Of a stretch of DNA of 64,000 nucleotides, positions 9,776 through 17,394 are shown one piece after another. Below the pieces are notes generated by a model that worked only from the letters and a program-made list of their open reading frames with translations, was not told where the DNA came from and made no database searches. Within the stretch, counting starts at the first letter, position 1. Each line of letters begins with the position of its first letter. Source of the DNA: an uncultured Alphaproteobacteria bacterium (GTDB lineage Bacteria > Pseudomonadota > Alphaproteobacteria > Rs-D84); NCBI GenBank assembly GCA_947175875.1, contig CAMWON010000002.1, forward strand, positions 80,357 to 144,356, written 5' to 3'. A program made the position numbers and the translations under genes.

Positions 9776-11281
9776 ATGAGATTGATAAAGTTATTCTTAT
9801 TGATATGCATCATTGCGGCGGTGCCCGCGCACGCGGACAGTCTGTTCTTTGAAGACGAGCCTGTTCAGCAGGGACTGCGTGTCGCCGATGTGTCGGCGAC
9901 ATTTGCCGATATTTACCAGAAACTGGACGGTGTGAAATGGGGCGGGAAAAGCCTGAACGTCGCGATTGAAAGCATCGAGCGCCTGAATAAAAACGCGCAT
10001 ATCGCCGCCACGGACAACCGTGTCGTTTTGGTGTGGGGCGACGATATAATCGCAAATTATCCGCGCCCGGCGGCCGGTGACTGGAACGGATTCGGCGAAA
10101 TTACGACGGCGCTGGTGTTAAAGATGCGCGAACGCGACCCGGACCTGCGCCGCCAGACGGTAAGCGAGCTGTATGAAACGGTTGTCGGCGCGCTGATGGA
10201 GGGCGTCGATGAAAACGGACGCTATGTCTATTCGCGCGCGGCCGAGATTGCGGAAGACGGCCGCCTGCTGACCAGCGCGGGATTGATCGGCCAGCGGGAC
10301 GAGCGCGGCAATTTTCGTGTGACGGGCGTGTACAAGGCGTCTTCGGCCGATGCGGCCAGCGTGCGCGCGGGGGATTTGATTTCAGAGATTAACGGCCGTG
10401 CGGTGCGCGACATGACCGACGCCGATTTAGAGGCCGTGATTTCCGGTTTTAATTCGGGAACCGCAAAGATAACGTTGTTGACGCCGGGCGGCACGCGCCG
10501 CGTCGTGCTGCGCCGTGCGACGGTTGTTCTGGCCGATGCCGATGTCGTTCATCGCAGCGGGGCCGGTGCGGACGGCGGAATATTGGAAATTGTCGTACAC
10601 CGCGTATCCGACGGCGCGGTTGCAATTGTGAACGAGGCGCTGGCAAAATATCCGGATGTTTCGGGAATTGTTTTGGATTTGCGTGCGGCGACCGGCGACG
10701 ATGAACGCGCGGCGGCCAAACTGGCCGGGTTGTTCACGGGGGCGGCCCCGGTTATGAGAATTGTTGAAACCGCCCGCGACGAGGTGGAGGTTATTCCCGG
10801 CGGTGCGGCGGTGACACAGGCGCCCGTTGTCGTTCTGATATCGGACCAGACGCGCGGCACGGCCGAGGCGATTGCCGGGGCCTTTTATGAAAATTCACGC
10901 GGCGTTTTGGTTGGAACGCCGACGCGTGGTGCGGCGCGAATTGCGACGGTTATTGATTTGGCGGACGGCGGCGCGCTGGAGCTGCTGAACAAGTCCATAA
11001 AGACGGGGGCAGGGCGTGCAATTGACGGACGCGGTGTTTTCCCGATTGTCTGTCTGTCCAATATTCGCAGTGCCGCGCAGCAAAACGCGTTTTTCTTAAA
11101 TGTATTAAACGGTGATTTTAAAGCGTCCGACTTTAATACCAAGACCGATGTTCCGGTCGAGGATATCAGACGCGGCTGTCCGGTAATTACCAGCGGCGTG
11201 GACGAGGATTCTTTGGCGGCGGCCGTTGCGGTAAAGATTTTGACGGACGGTAAGGTGTACAATCGTCTGATGGATAAATAA
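9776..11281 (+). CDS. S41-family C-terminal processing peptidase homolog with a PDZ domain; catalytic residues appear substituted
   Basis: Signal peptide MRLIKLFLLICIIAAVPAHA (GGGGA RBS upstream of the 9776 Met). PDZ-like SVRAGDLISEINGRAV. S41 core VVVLISDQTRGTAEAIAGAFYENSRGVLVGTPTRGAARIA aligns with the canonical RGSASASE...GTRTFGKG block, but the nucleophile Ser and the general-base Lys positions are T/A and A. Confidence 0.65.
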   Translation: MRLIKLFLLICIIAAVPAHADSLFFEDEPVQQGLRVADVSATFADIYQKLDGVKWGGKSLNVAIESIERLNKNAHIAATDNRVVLVWGDDIIANYPRPAAGDWNGFGEITTALVLKMRERDPDLRRQTVSELYETVVGALMEGVDENGRYVYSRAAEIAEDGRLLTSAGLIGQRDERGNFRVTGVYKASSADAASVRAGDLISEINGRAVRDMTDADLEAVISGFNSGTAKITLLTPGGTRRVVLRRATVVLADADVVHRSGAGADGGILEIVVHRVSDGAVAIVNEALAKYPDVSGIVLDLRAATGDDERAAAKLAGLFTGAAPVMRIVETARDEVEVIPGGAAVTQAPVVVLISDQTRGTAEAIAGAFYENSRGVLVGTPTRGAARIATVIDLADGGALELLNKSIKTGAGRAIDGRGVFPIVCLSNIRSAAQQNAFFLNVLNGDFKASDFNTKTDVPVEDIRRGCPVITSGVDEDSLAAAVAVKILTDGKVYNRLMDK

Positions 11282-11299
11282 CTTTAATACGGGGCGGAT

Positions 11300-11983
11300 A
11301 TGTTTTTGACAACAGACAATAAAATGAAATGGCGATTGCTGGGGGCGGGCGCGGCGGTAACGGCGGCGCTGGTGCTGGCGGGTGTGTTTTGGTTTGATGC
11401 GCCTGTTCTGTTGATGATGCGCGAATTGGATTGCCGGTTCTGGCGTATTTTAAGCGCCGTTTTTGACGATAAGGTGTGGGCGGTGGCCTTTGTCGCCGCG
11501 GTACTGGGGTTTTATATTAAAAAATCACTGATATCAAAGCCTAAAATCAGAAATGATAGAAATCAGTTAAGCGTAAAGGCTTTTGTGGTCGATTTTTGGC
11601 AAAAAACAAGACACAGCAACGTGTTTTTGATATTTTGCTCCATCTTTGCGGCGGGGCTGGCGGTGCAGGTTTTAAAGGTGGTTATCGGCCGCGCCCGTCC
11701 GATACTGTTTGAGGCGCTGGAGTTCACGGGATTTTATCCGCCGTCCTTTGACTGGGTATTTAATTCCATGCCGTCGGGGCATACTGCGATTTCGTTTGCG
11801 GCACTGGTAATGATTGGAATGCTGGCGCCGCGTATAAAGCCGCTGACATGGACGCTGGCCGTATTTGTCGGGGTGGCGCGCGTATGTGTCGGCGCGCATT
11901 GGCCGACGGACGTTATTTTTGGCGCTTTTATCGGAATGGTGTCGGCCGATTTGGTGAAATGGTGGCTGATGCGTATCAAATAA
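11300..11983 (+). CDS. PAP2-family (type 2 phosphatidic acid phosphatase-like) membrane phosphatase
   Basis: Multi-TM protein with PAP2 motifs ...SGHT... and GAHWPTDV (SGH and H..D boxes). Confidence 0.75.
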   Translation: MFLTTDNKMKWRLLGAGAAVTAALVLAGVFWFDAPVLLMMRELDCRFWRILSAVFDDKVWAVAFVAAVLGFYIKKSLISKPKIRNDRNQLSVKAFVVDFWQKTRHSNVFLIFCSIFAAGLAVQVLKVVIGRARPILFEALEFTGFYPPSFDWVFNSMPSGHTAISFAALVMIGMLAPRIKPLTWTLAVFVGVARVCVGAHWPTDVIFGAFIGMVSADLVKWWLMRIK

Positions 11984-12025
11984 TGCGGCGATTTATTCTT
12001 AAATTGCACGCTTTTTTGTGATACA

Positions 12026-14284
12026 ATGCGTCTTATGGATACTCAATCAAAATTTTTGCCGGACAGTGTTGCCGGCGCACTTAAAAGTCTGGTGTTTCGC
12101 GGTGCGGGCGCGGTGCTGATGGTTGTCGGTATTTGGTTAACGGCGGCGCTGATTTTTCATGATCCGTATCTGGATGGATTTGCCGCGGCCGGAACACTGG
12201 GGCGCCAGGGGATTATGGGCAATATTGTCGGGGCGGTGCGTTATTTAATCGGCTTTGTGCCGGCGATGTTTGTTTTTTTATGCATGGCGCGGCGCGGGCT
12301 GGTCATGCTGGCGGGATGGCGTGACGACAATGCGCCCGAATATAATTTTATGCGCGGATTTATTGCGGTGGCCGCCGGTGCCGCCGGTTTCGGCATGATT
12401 ATGCCGGGGGCGACGTTCGGGGGCTTGGCCGGTGCGGTGGCCGCGGCGGATATGACGGCGCTGGTTGGCGGATTTGCCGCGTTGGTCGGAATGGCACTGG
12501 TCGGCGTGTTTTTTGTTTTGGGCGGCGTGGTATTGCATGTGAAATGGGCGCATGTTCGCGCGTTGCTTTCGTTTGTGTGGCGTGCGGTACGCTGGGTTCT
12601 GTCGGTGTTCCATTTGACGCGTCCGGTTGTCGCGGTGGCATCGGATGATGTGGCACCGGATGAGGAGGCGGAGCCGGAAGAGGATGAAGAAGAGGCGGCC
12701 GCGCCCGCCGCGGCGGCGGCACGCCGACCGCGCACCCGGGCGATAAAGCGTCGTGCGGTGGCGCCGCGCGATGCCGCGGGGCCGGCGGAATATGAATTGC
12801 CGCCGCCGGAATTATTAGAGGCGTCAAATTTCAGCAAGACCGGTGTGACCGCGGAATTAAAGCGCGTGGCGGTGTCGCTGGAGGATCATTTTGAAGAATT
12901 CGGCGTATATGGCAAGGTTGTCGGTATCAAGCCCGGGCCGATTGTGACGCTGTTTGAATTTGAACCGGACACCGGCGTGCGTATCGCAAAGATTACGGAA
13001 ACCGTAAAGGACATGACGCGCGCGATGGCGACGGAAAGCATGCGTATTGCGCATATTCCGGGCACGCCATATCTGGGCGTGGAAATGGTGAATTTAAACC
13101 GCCAGACGGTGCGTTATCGCGAGATTATCGCGGATTCCGCGTTTGTTGAATCCAAGTACAAGATTCCGTTGGCGCTGGGTGTGAATATCGGCGGCAAGCC
13201 CATGTATTACGACTTGGCGAAAATGCCGCACATGCTGGTTGCGGGGCGTACGGGTTCCGGTAAGTCCGTGTTTATTCAGTCTTTGATTACGTCCATTGTT
13301 TATCACTTTACGCCCGACAAGTGCAAGTTGATGATTATTGACCCAAAGGGTGTTGACTTTGGATTCTGGGACGATGTTCCGCATCTGATTACGCCGATTG
13401 TAAAGCTGGACCCCGGGGCGGCCGTGAATGCATTGAAATGGGCCGTCCGCGAGATGGAAGAGCGTTATAAACAGATGCAGGTTCTGGATGCGCGCAATGT
13501 CGAAAGCTATAACGAAATGGCGGCGAAAAAGCGCGCGTCGGGCGAAAAGATGACGCGCCAGGTCGCCGTCGGAACCGACGAGGAGACGGGCGAGCTGCTG
13601 TTCGAGACCCAGGAAATAGATTTGTCCGATTTGCCGTACATTGTCATTATCATAGACGAGGTTGCGGATTTGATGAGTCTGGCGCGCAAAGAGGTGGAGG
13701 CGTGCGTGCAGCGTATCGCGCAAAAGGCGCGTGCGGCCGGAATACACTTAATCATGGCGACCCAGCGTCCGGACGCGACAACGATTACGGGCGTTATCAA
13801 GGCCAATTTCCCGACGCGTGTTTCGTTCCAGGCGCGCAGCAATATTGACTCGCGTACGACATTGGGCGAGGGCGGGGCCGAGAACCTGCTGGCGATGGGC
13901 GACATGCTGTTCAGCGAGGCGGGACGCGTTCCCGTCCGCATACACGGCGCGTATATATCCGACGCCGAATTGAATGCGGTTGGCGATTTCCTGCGCGCGC
14001 AGGGTGCGCCGGAATACGCGGCCGGTGTTACCGACGGCGACGACGTCGCGGATACGGCCGCCGCGCCGGCATCGACGCCCGCGGCACAGACAAAGGGTGA
14101 AAAGGACGCAGACCTGTACACACAGGCAAAGGAAATTGTTCTGCGTGATAAAAAGCCGACTATTTCGTATCTGCAACGACGCCTGCAAATCGGGTACAAC
14201 AAGGCGGCGACGTTTATAGAGCGCATGGAGGAAGAGGGTGTTGTCAGTGCGCCTGACGCCAACAACAAACGTCATATTTTATAG
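12026..14284 (+). CDS. ftsK: DNA translocase FtsK
   Basis: N-terminal 4-TM domain, Glu/Ala/Pro-rich linker, RecA-like motor with Walker A (VAGRTGSGKSV) and C-terminal winged-helix gamma domain (ISYLQRRLQIGYNKAATFIERMEEEGVV). Confidence 0.9.
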   Translation: MRLMDTQSKFLPDSVAGALKSLVFRGAGAVLMVVGIWLTAALIFHDPYLDGFAAAGTLGRQGIMGNIVGAVRYLIGFVPAMFVFLCMARRGLVMLAGWRDDNAPEYNFMRGFIAVAAGAAGFGMIMPGATFGGLAGAVAAADMTALVGGFAALVGMALVGVFFVLGGVVLHVKWAHVRALLSFVWRAVRWVLSVFHLTRPVVAVASDDVAPDEEAEPEEDEEEAAAPAAAAARRPRTRAIKRRAVAPRDAAGPAEYELPPPELLEASNFSKTGVTAELKRVAVSLEDHFEEFGVYGKVVGIKPGPIVTLFEFEPDTGVRIAKITETVKDMTRAMATESMRIAHIPGTPYLGVEMVNLNRQTVRYREIIADSAFVESKYKIPLALGVNIGGKPMYYDLAKMPHMLVAGRTGSGKSVFIQSLITSIVYHFTPDKCKLMIIDPKGVDFGFWDDVPHLITPIVKLDPGAAVNALKWAVREMEERYKQMQVLDARNVESYNEMAAKKRASGEKMTRQVAVGTDEETGELLFETQEIDLSDLPYIVIIIDEVADLMSLARKEVEACVQRIAQKARAAGIHLIMATQRPDATTITGVIKANFPTRVSFQARSNIDSRTTLGEGGAENLLAMGDMLFSEAGRVPVRIHGAYISDAELNAVGDFLRAQGAPEYAAGVTDGDDVADTAAAPASTPAAQTKGEKDADLYTQAKEIVLRDKKPTISYLQRRLQIGYNKAATFIERMEEEGVVSAPDANNKRHIL

Positions 14285-14400
14285 TTTTTTCCAGTTTGTA
14301 ATTGAATCCGATAAAGCTTTGTGTAATAATTATCCTGTCGGCGAGGGTTTCGCCGATGGGGTGTCAGAACCTCTGCCATAGCGTCTGGATAAAATTTTAT

Positions 14401-14424
14401 GGCGCGCAATGCGCCCGTTTTTAT
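14401..14424 (+). terminator. Rho-independent terminator downstream of ftsK
   Basis: Hairpin ggcgc-gcaat-gcgcc followed by cgtttttata. Confidence 0.6.
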
Positions 14425-14425
14425 A

Positions 14426-14573
14426 TTCGGACGAAAAACAAACTCCTGAACCGCGGGTCAGGAGGGTTGCGAATATATTGAATAAGCACACAATTCTATG
14501 GATTGTTCTGAACCTCCTGACCACTCAAATTTTGGGTGGTTTTTCATTTCGAAAAACAACAGGAGAAGAACGA
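14426..14573 (+). promoter_or_regulatory. Structured 5' leader of Cys-rich paralog 1 with alternative pairings and a terminator-like hairpin + U-run immediately upstream of the RBS
   Basis: Hairpin ctcctga-accgcgg-tcaggag (about 14444-14464). A second cctcctga copy (about 14513-14520) can compete for the tcaggagg arm. Hairpin ccactc-aaattttg-ggtgg + ttttt (about 14521-14544) ends about 30 nt before the ATG. The same architecture sits upstream of paralogs 2 and 3. Confidence 0.4.
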
Positions 14574-15203
14574 ATGAAATTCAATATTTTAACATTTGGT
14601 TTTGCCATAATGTTGCTTGTGTCGTCGGCATATGCGGACGAGTTTATTCTGGGGCAGGATGATTATGGCGGAATGGACATCGCCATCGGGCAGCAATGCT
14701 CGTCAGGGGGCAAAATCCTTATAAAATGTGAATGTGCATCTCCAAATATAGGCGTAAGTGCCCTGTGTTCTACGAAGGAGTTTGTTCCGGATGGCGGGTG
14801 CAAGCTGGCGGGGGGCGAGCACATCAATGCCAATTATTATTGTGTTGATGCGGAATATGACACCGCGTGCATGTTATGTAAGTGCAATAATGGTCAAACG
14901 TCAACGGCGTGGGGCTCTGTCGGCAGTAATCGGGTGTCGCGTACAAAGTATACAACAACTGTAAGTGGATATCGCTGTAGTTCCGTGTCAAGTACCGAAT
15001 ACGGGTGTGCGGCGGGGTATTATCAATCCGGCGGCAGCGGTGCGACAATGACGTGCGCACGTTGTCCGTCGTCGGGTGGTGTTTATGGCACAAATAATAT
15101 CGGCACGACGGATATAACGACATGCTGCATTCCGGCAAATTCGTCAATGAAGGATTCGGGGGGCACATACACTTTTACGGGAGGGTGCTGTTATAAAAAA
15201 TAA
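14574..15203 (+). CDS. Secreted cysteine-rich protein, paralog 1 (conserved C-terminal Cys module, unknown family)
   Basis: RBS caggagaag; signal peptide MKFNILTFGFAIMLLVSSAYA; 20 Cys in the mature part. C-terminus GCAAGYYQSGGSGATMTCARCPSSGGVYGTNNIGTTDITTCCIPANSSMKDSGGTYTFTGGCCYKK is shared with the ORFs at 47833 and 48631. Confidence 0.6.
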   Translation: MKFNILTFGFAIMLLVSSAYADEFILGQDDYGGMDIAIGQQCSSGGKILIKCECASPNIGVSALCSTKEFVPDGGCKLAGGEHINANYYCVDAEYDTACMLCKCNNGQTSTAWGSVGSNRVSRTKYTTTVSGYRCSSVSSTEYGCAAGYYQSGGSGATMTCARCPSSGGVYGTNNIGTTDITTCCIPANSSMKDSGGTYTFTGGCCYKK

Positions 15204-15207
15204 AAAA

Positions 15208-15240
15208 ACATACCGGTGTTTGCCGGTATTTTTATGCTTT
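15208..15240 (+). terminator. Rho-independent terminator after Cys-rich paralog 1
   Basis: Hairpin ataccgg-tgtttg-ccggtat followed by ttttatgctttttt. Confidence 0.55.
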
Positions 15241-15291
15241 TTTATCGATTCGAATTATGGTATAATTTGTACCAAAAGGAGAACTTTTATT

Positions 15292-16539
15292 ATGAAAAAG
15301 CAGATGTCTTTGTTTGTTTGGGCGGCGGCTGTTTTCGGCATGTCGCCTGTGTGGGCCGCAACCAACAGCGGCATGCGTGCGGCGTCCAGTGCGGATCTGT
15401 CGGGCGGCCCGGCCGTGCGTGCGCGTGAAAATGTAAATTATGAAAAGTATCAGACGCGCAGCACGACAACCACGTATCAGTCGCGTGACGCGGGTGATCT
15501 GTATTACACCCAGCCCGCCAGCCGCAGCGCCCTGTACAAACAGTATGACAGCAACACGCGCAGCGGCACAGCGGCGACGACAACAACACGCAACGTTCGC
15601 ACGACGCGCGCGGAAACGGTGCGCAGCACGCTGAAACGCAAATATTACCTGGCGCATCCGTTCTTTCAGCCGCTGAAGGGTAAGTTCGGTTCGGTTACGG
15701 ATTTGTCTTATAACATGAATTCGTATGACATGGCGCTGACCCCGGCCGAGGGGATGACGATTTCCGACACCAAGGCAAAGTGGGACATGAAGGGTTTCTC
15801 TATCAAAGAAGACTTCAGCTATGGTATTACGGACCGTTTGGCGGTGTTGATAATGGGGCAGTATGATTCATACAAGTACAAGTTCGACTGGTCCACGGCG
15901 CCCGACGACAAGATGGACGACGATGGTCTGAATTTGTATGGTGCCGGTGTTCAGTGGCGCTTTGTCGACAATGAAAAATGGATTGGAACCCTGTCCGGTT
16001 ATTATCAGCACCAGAAAGACATTTCCAACAATTACGTTTTGGATTTAAAGGGCGGATACAAGGTTGCGCGTTCCACAATATATGCGCTGGCGCGCGGATG
16101 GTATGTTGACTTTGACGGCAATTCTTATGGAAACGGCATCGAGGGTACGACGGCCGAAGGAAACAAGGCGGCGATATTCATCGCGTATGACACCGATGCC
16201 GACAATGCGTTCTATATGGAGGGGGGGCTCGGCGTGTTCAGTGTTCTGGACGAAGACTGGACCCTGAATCTGGAAGCGGTGTTTGGCGACTATGACTGGC
16301 ACAACCAGGCGTCGATTAAGGGCGCAATCGGCTGGCAGCCGAACGACTGGGTTGCGTTGAACCTGTATGCCAAGACGGCGTTTTACGACAGTGCTGACGA
16401 CAAAAGCCTGGGCTACTGGTCGTATGGCGCGACGGGGCCGGACGGGGAGTTTATTAACGGATGGGTAAAGCATGGTGATGCAAAGCTGTCCGATTACAAG
16501 GAAACGACGGTCGGTCTGCAGGCTATATTCCAGTTCTAA
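15292..16539 (+). CDS. Outer-membrane beta-barrel protein (unknown family)
   Basis: Extended -10 tggtataat at about 15253; RBS aaaggagaa; signal peptide MKKQMSLFVWAAAVFGMSPVWA. Alternating amphipathic strands, Thr/Arg-rich N-terminal region and C-terminal ...LQAIFQF (terminal aromatic, OMP signature). Confidence 0.6.
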   Translation: MKKQMSLFVWAAAVFGMSPVWAATNSGMRAASSADLSGGPAVRARENVNYEKYQTRSTTTTYQSRDAGDLYYTQPASRSALYKQYDSNTRSGTAATTTTRNVRTTRAETVRSTLKRKYYLAHPFFQPLKGKFGSVTDLSYNMNSYDMALTPAEGMTISDTKAKWDMKGFSIKEDFSYGITDRLAVLIMGQYDSYKYKFDWSTAPDDKMDDDGLNLYGAGVQWRFVDNEKWIGTLSGYYQHQKDISNNYVLDLKGGYKVARSTIYALARGWYVDFDGNSYGNGIEGTTAEGNKAAIFIAYDTDADNAFYMEGGLGVFSVLDEDWTLNLEAVFGDYDWHNQASIKGAIGWQPNDWVALNLYAKTAFYDSADDKSLGYWSYGATGPDGEFINGWVKHGDAKLSDYKETTVGLQAIFQF

Positions 16540-16612
16540 TCAATATGGCGCGCACCCCGGAATTTTCTTCCGGGGTGCCTTTGCATAGAAAGAATTCAAG
16601 GAGAGATGCAAA

Positions 16613-17326
16613 ATGTTGTTTAAAAAGATTATGGCGGTGGTTTGTGCGGCGATGCTGGTCGTGCCGGCGGCGCGTGCGGCGGATTATGACACGTCCGACC
16701 CGTTGTACATGAACGGCAGAAGTGAAATTCTGTCAACGTCAAACATTGCATATTACGACAGTGTTCTGCGCATTGGCCAGGCGCTGTCCTATGGTTTTAC
16801 AGAGCGCTTTAACGCCGGCATCAGTTTGCATTACCAGAATGATTTTGACGGTGACGAGGACGGTTTCTCCAGCTTTGACTTAGGCGGAAAATATCGTCTG
16901 ATGACCGCGGCTGACAATAATGCCAATATCATATCGGACGTGCTGTTCGGGTTTAAGTTCGGCGGCTCGTCCCATGTGCGCACGCCGTGGTTTGCGGATT
17001 CGACGTATTATGCGGGACTGCGCTTTGGACGCGAGTATGCGACAATGACGCTGGCCGGGACGGTAAAGTCCAGCTGGATTTTCGACGACGACCGCGGAAT
17101 GTCGTACATAGACTTTATCCCGGAGGTATATTTTCGTCTGCGCGGCGCATGGCGGCTGGGGCTTGGGGCGGATATTCGCAAATCCACCAATACGGATTTC
17201 GACCAGGAATGGCTGAATGCAAAGCTGGTGCGGCAGTACGGACGCACGCAATATATCGGTCATATTGATTACGAGTTTGAGGATAGTGAAGTGCAGGTGG
17301 GGGCAAAGCTGAACATATTGTTTTAA
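16613..17326 (+). CDS. Outer-membrane beta-barrel protein (unknown family)
   Basis: RBS caaggagag; signal peptide MLFKKIMAVVCAAMLVVPAARA; beta-strand periodicity; C-terminal ...GAKLNILF. Confidence 0.55.
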   Translation: MLFKKIMAVVCAAMLVVPAARAADYDTSDPLYMNGRSEILSTSNIAYYDSVLRIGQALSYGFTERFNAGISLHYQNDFDGDEDGFSSFDLGGKYRLMTAADNNANIISDVLFGFKFGGSSHVRTPWFADSTYYAGLRFGREYATMTLAGTVKSSWIFDDDRGMSYIDFIPEVYFRLRGAWRLGLGADIRKSTNTDFDQEWLNAKLVRQYGRTQYIGHIDYEFEDSEVQVGAKLNILF

Positions 17327-17372
17327 TCTTGCGTGGTGCGCCGTATTTTAATCTTTTTTGGCGCGCCCGCTT

Positions 17373-17381
17373 GTGGTATAA
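17373..17381 (+). promoter_or_regulatory. Extended -10 promoter element TGGTATAAT; leaderless or very short-leader transcript for the large Cys-rich protein
   Basis: tggtataat ends 14 nt before the ATG at 17395, and no RBS is visible. The same TGGTATAAT element precedes the OMP at 15292 and the Ros/MucR gene (about 33589). Confidence 0.4.
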
Positions 17382-17394
17382 TCAATATATAATA

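Noticed and set aside
12241-12837. Several minus-strand ORFs (up to 198 aa) inside ftsK
   Set aside because: They are antisense to the FtsK linker/motor region. Pro/Ala/Arg-rich artefacts of the GC-rich linker.
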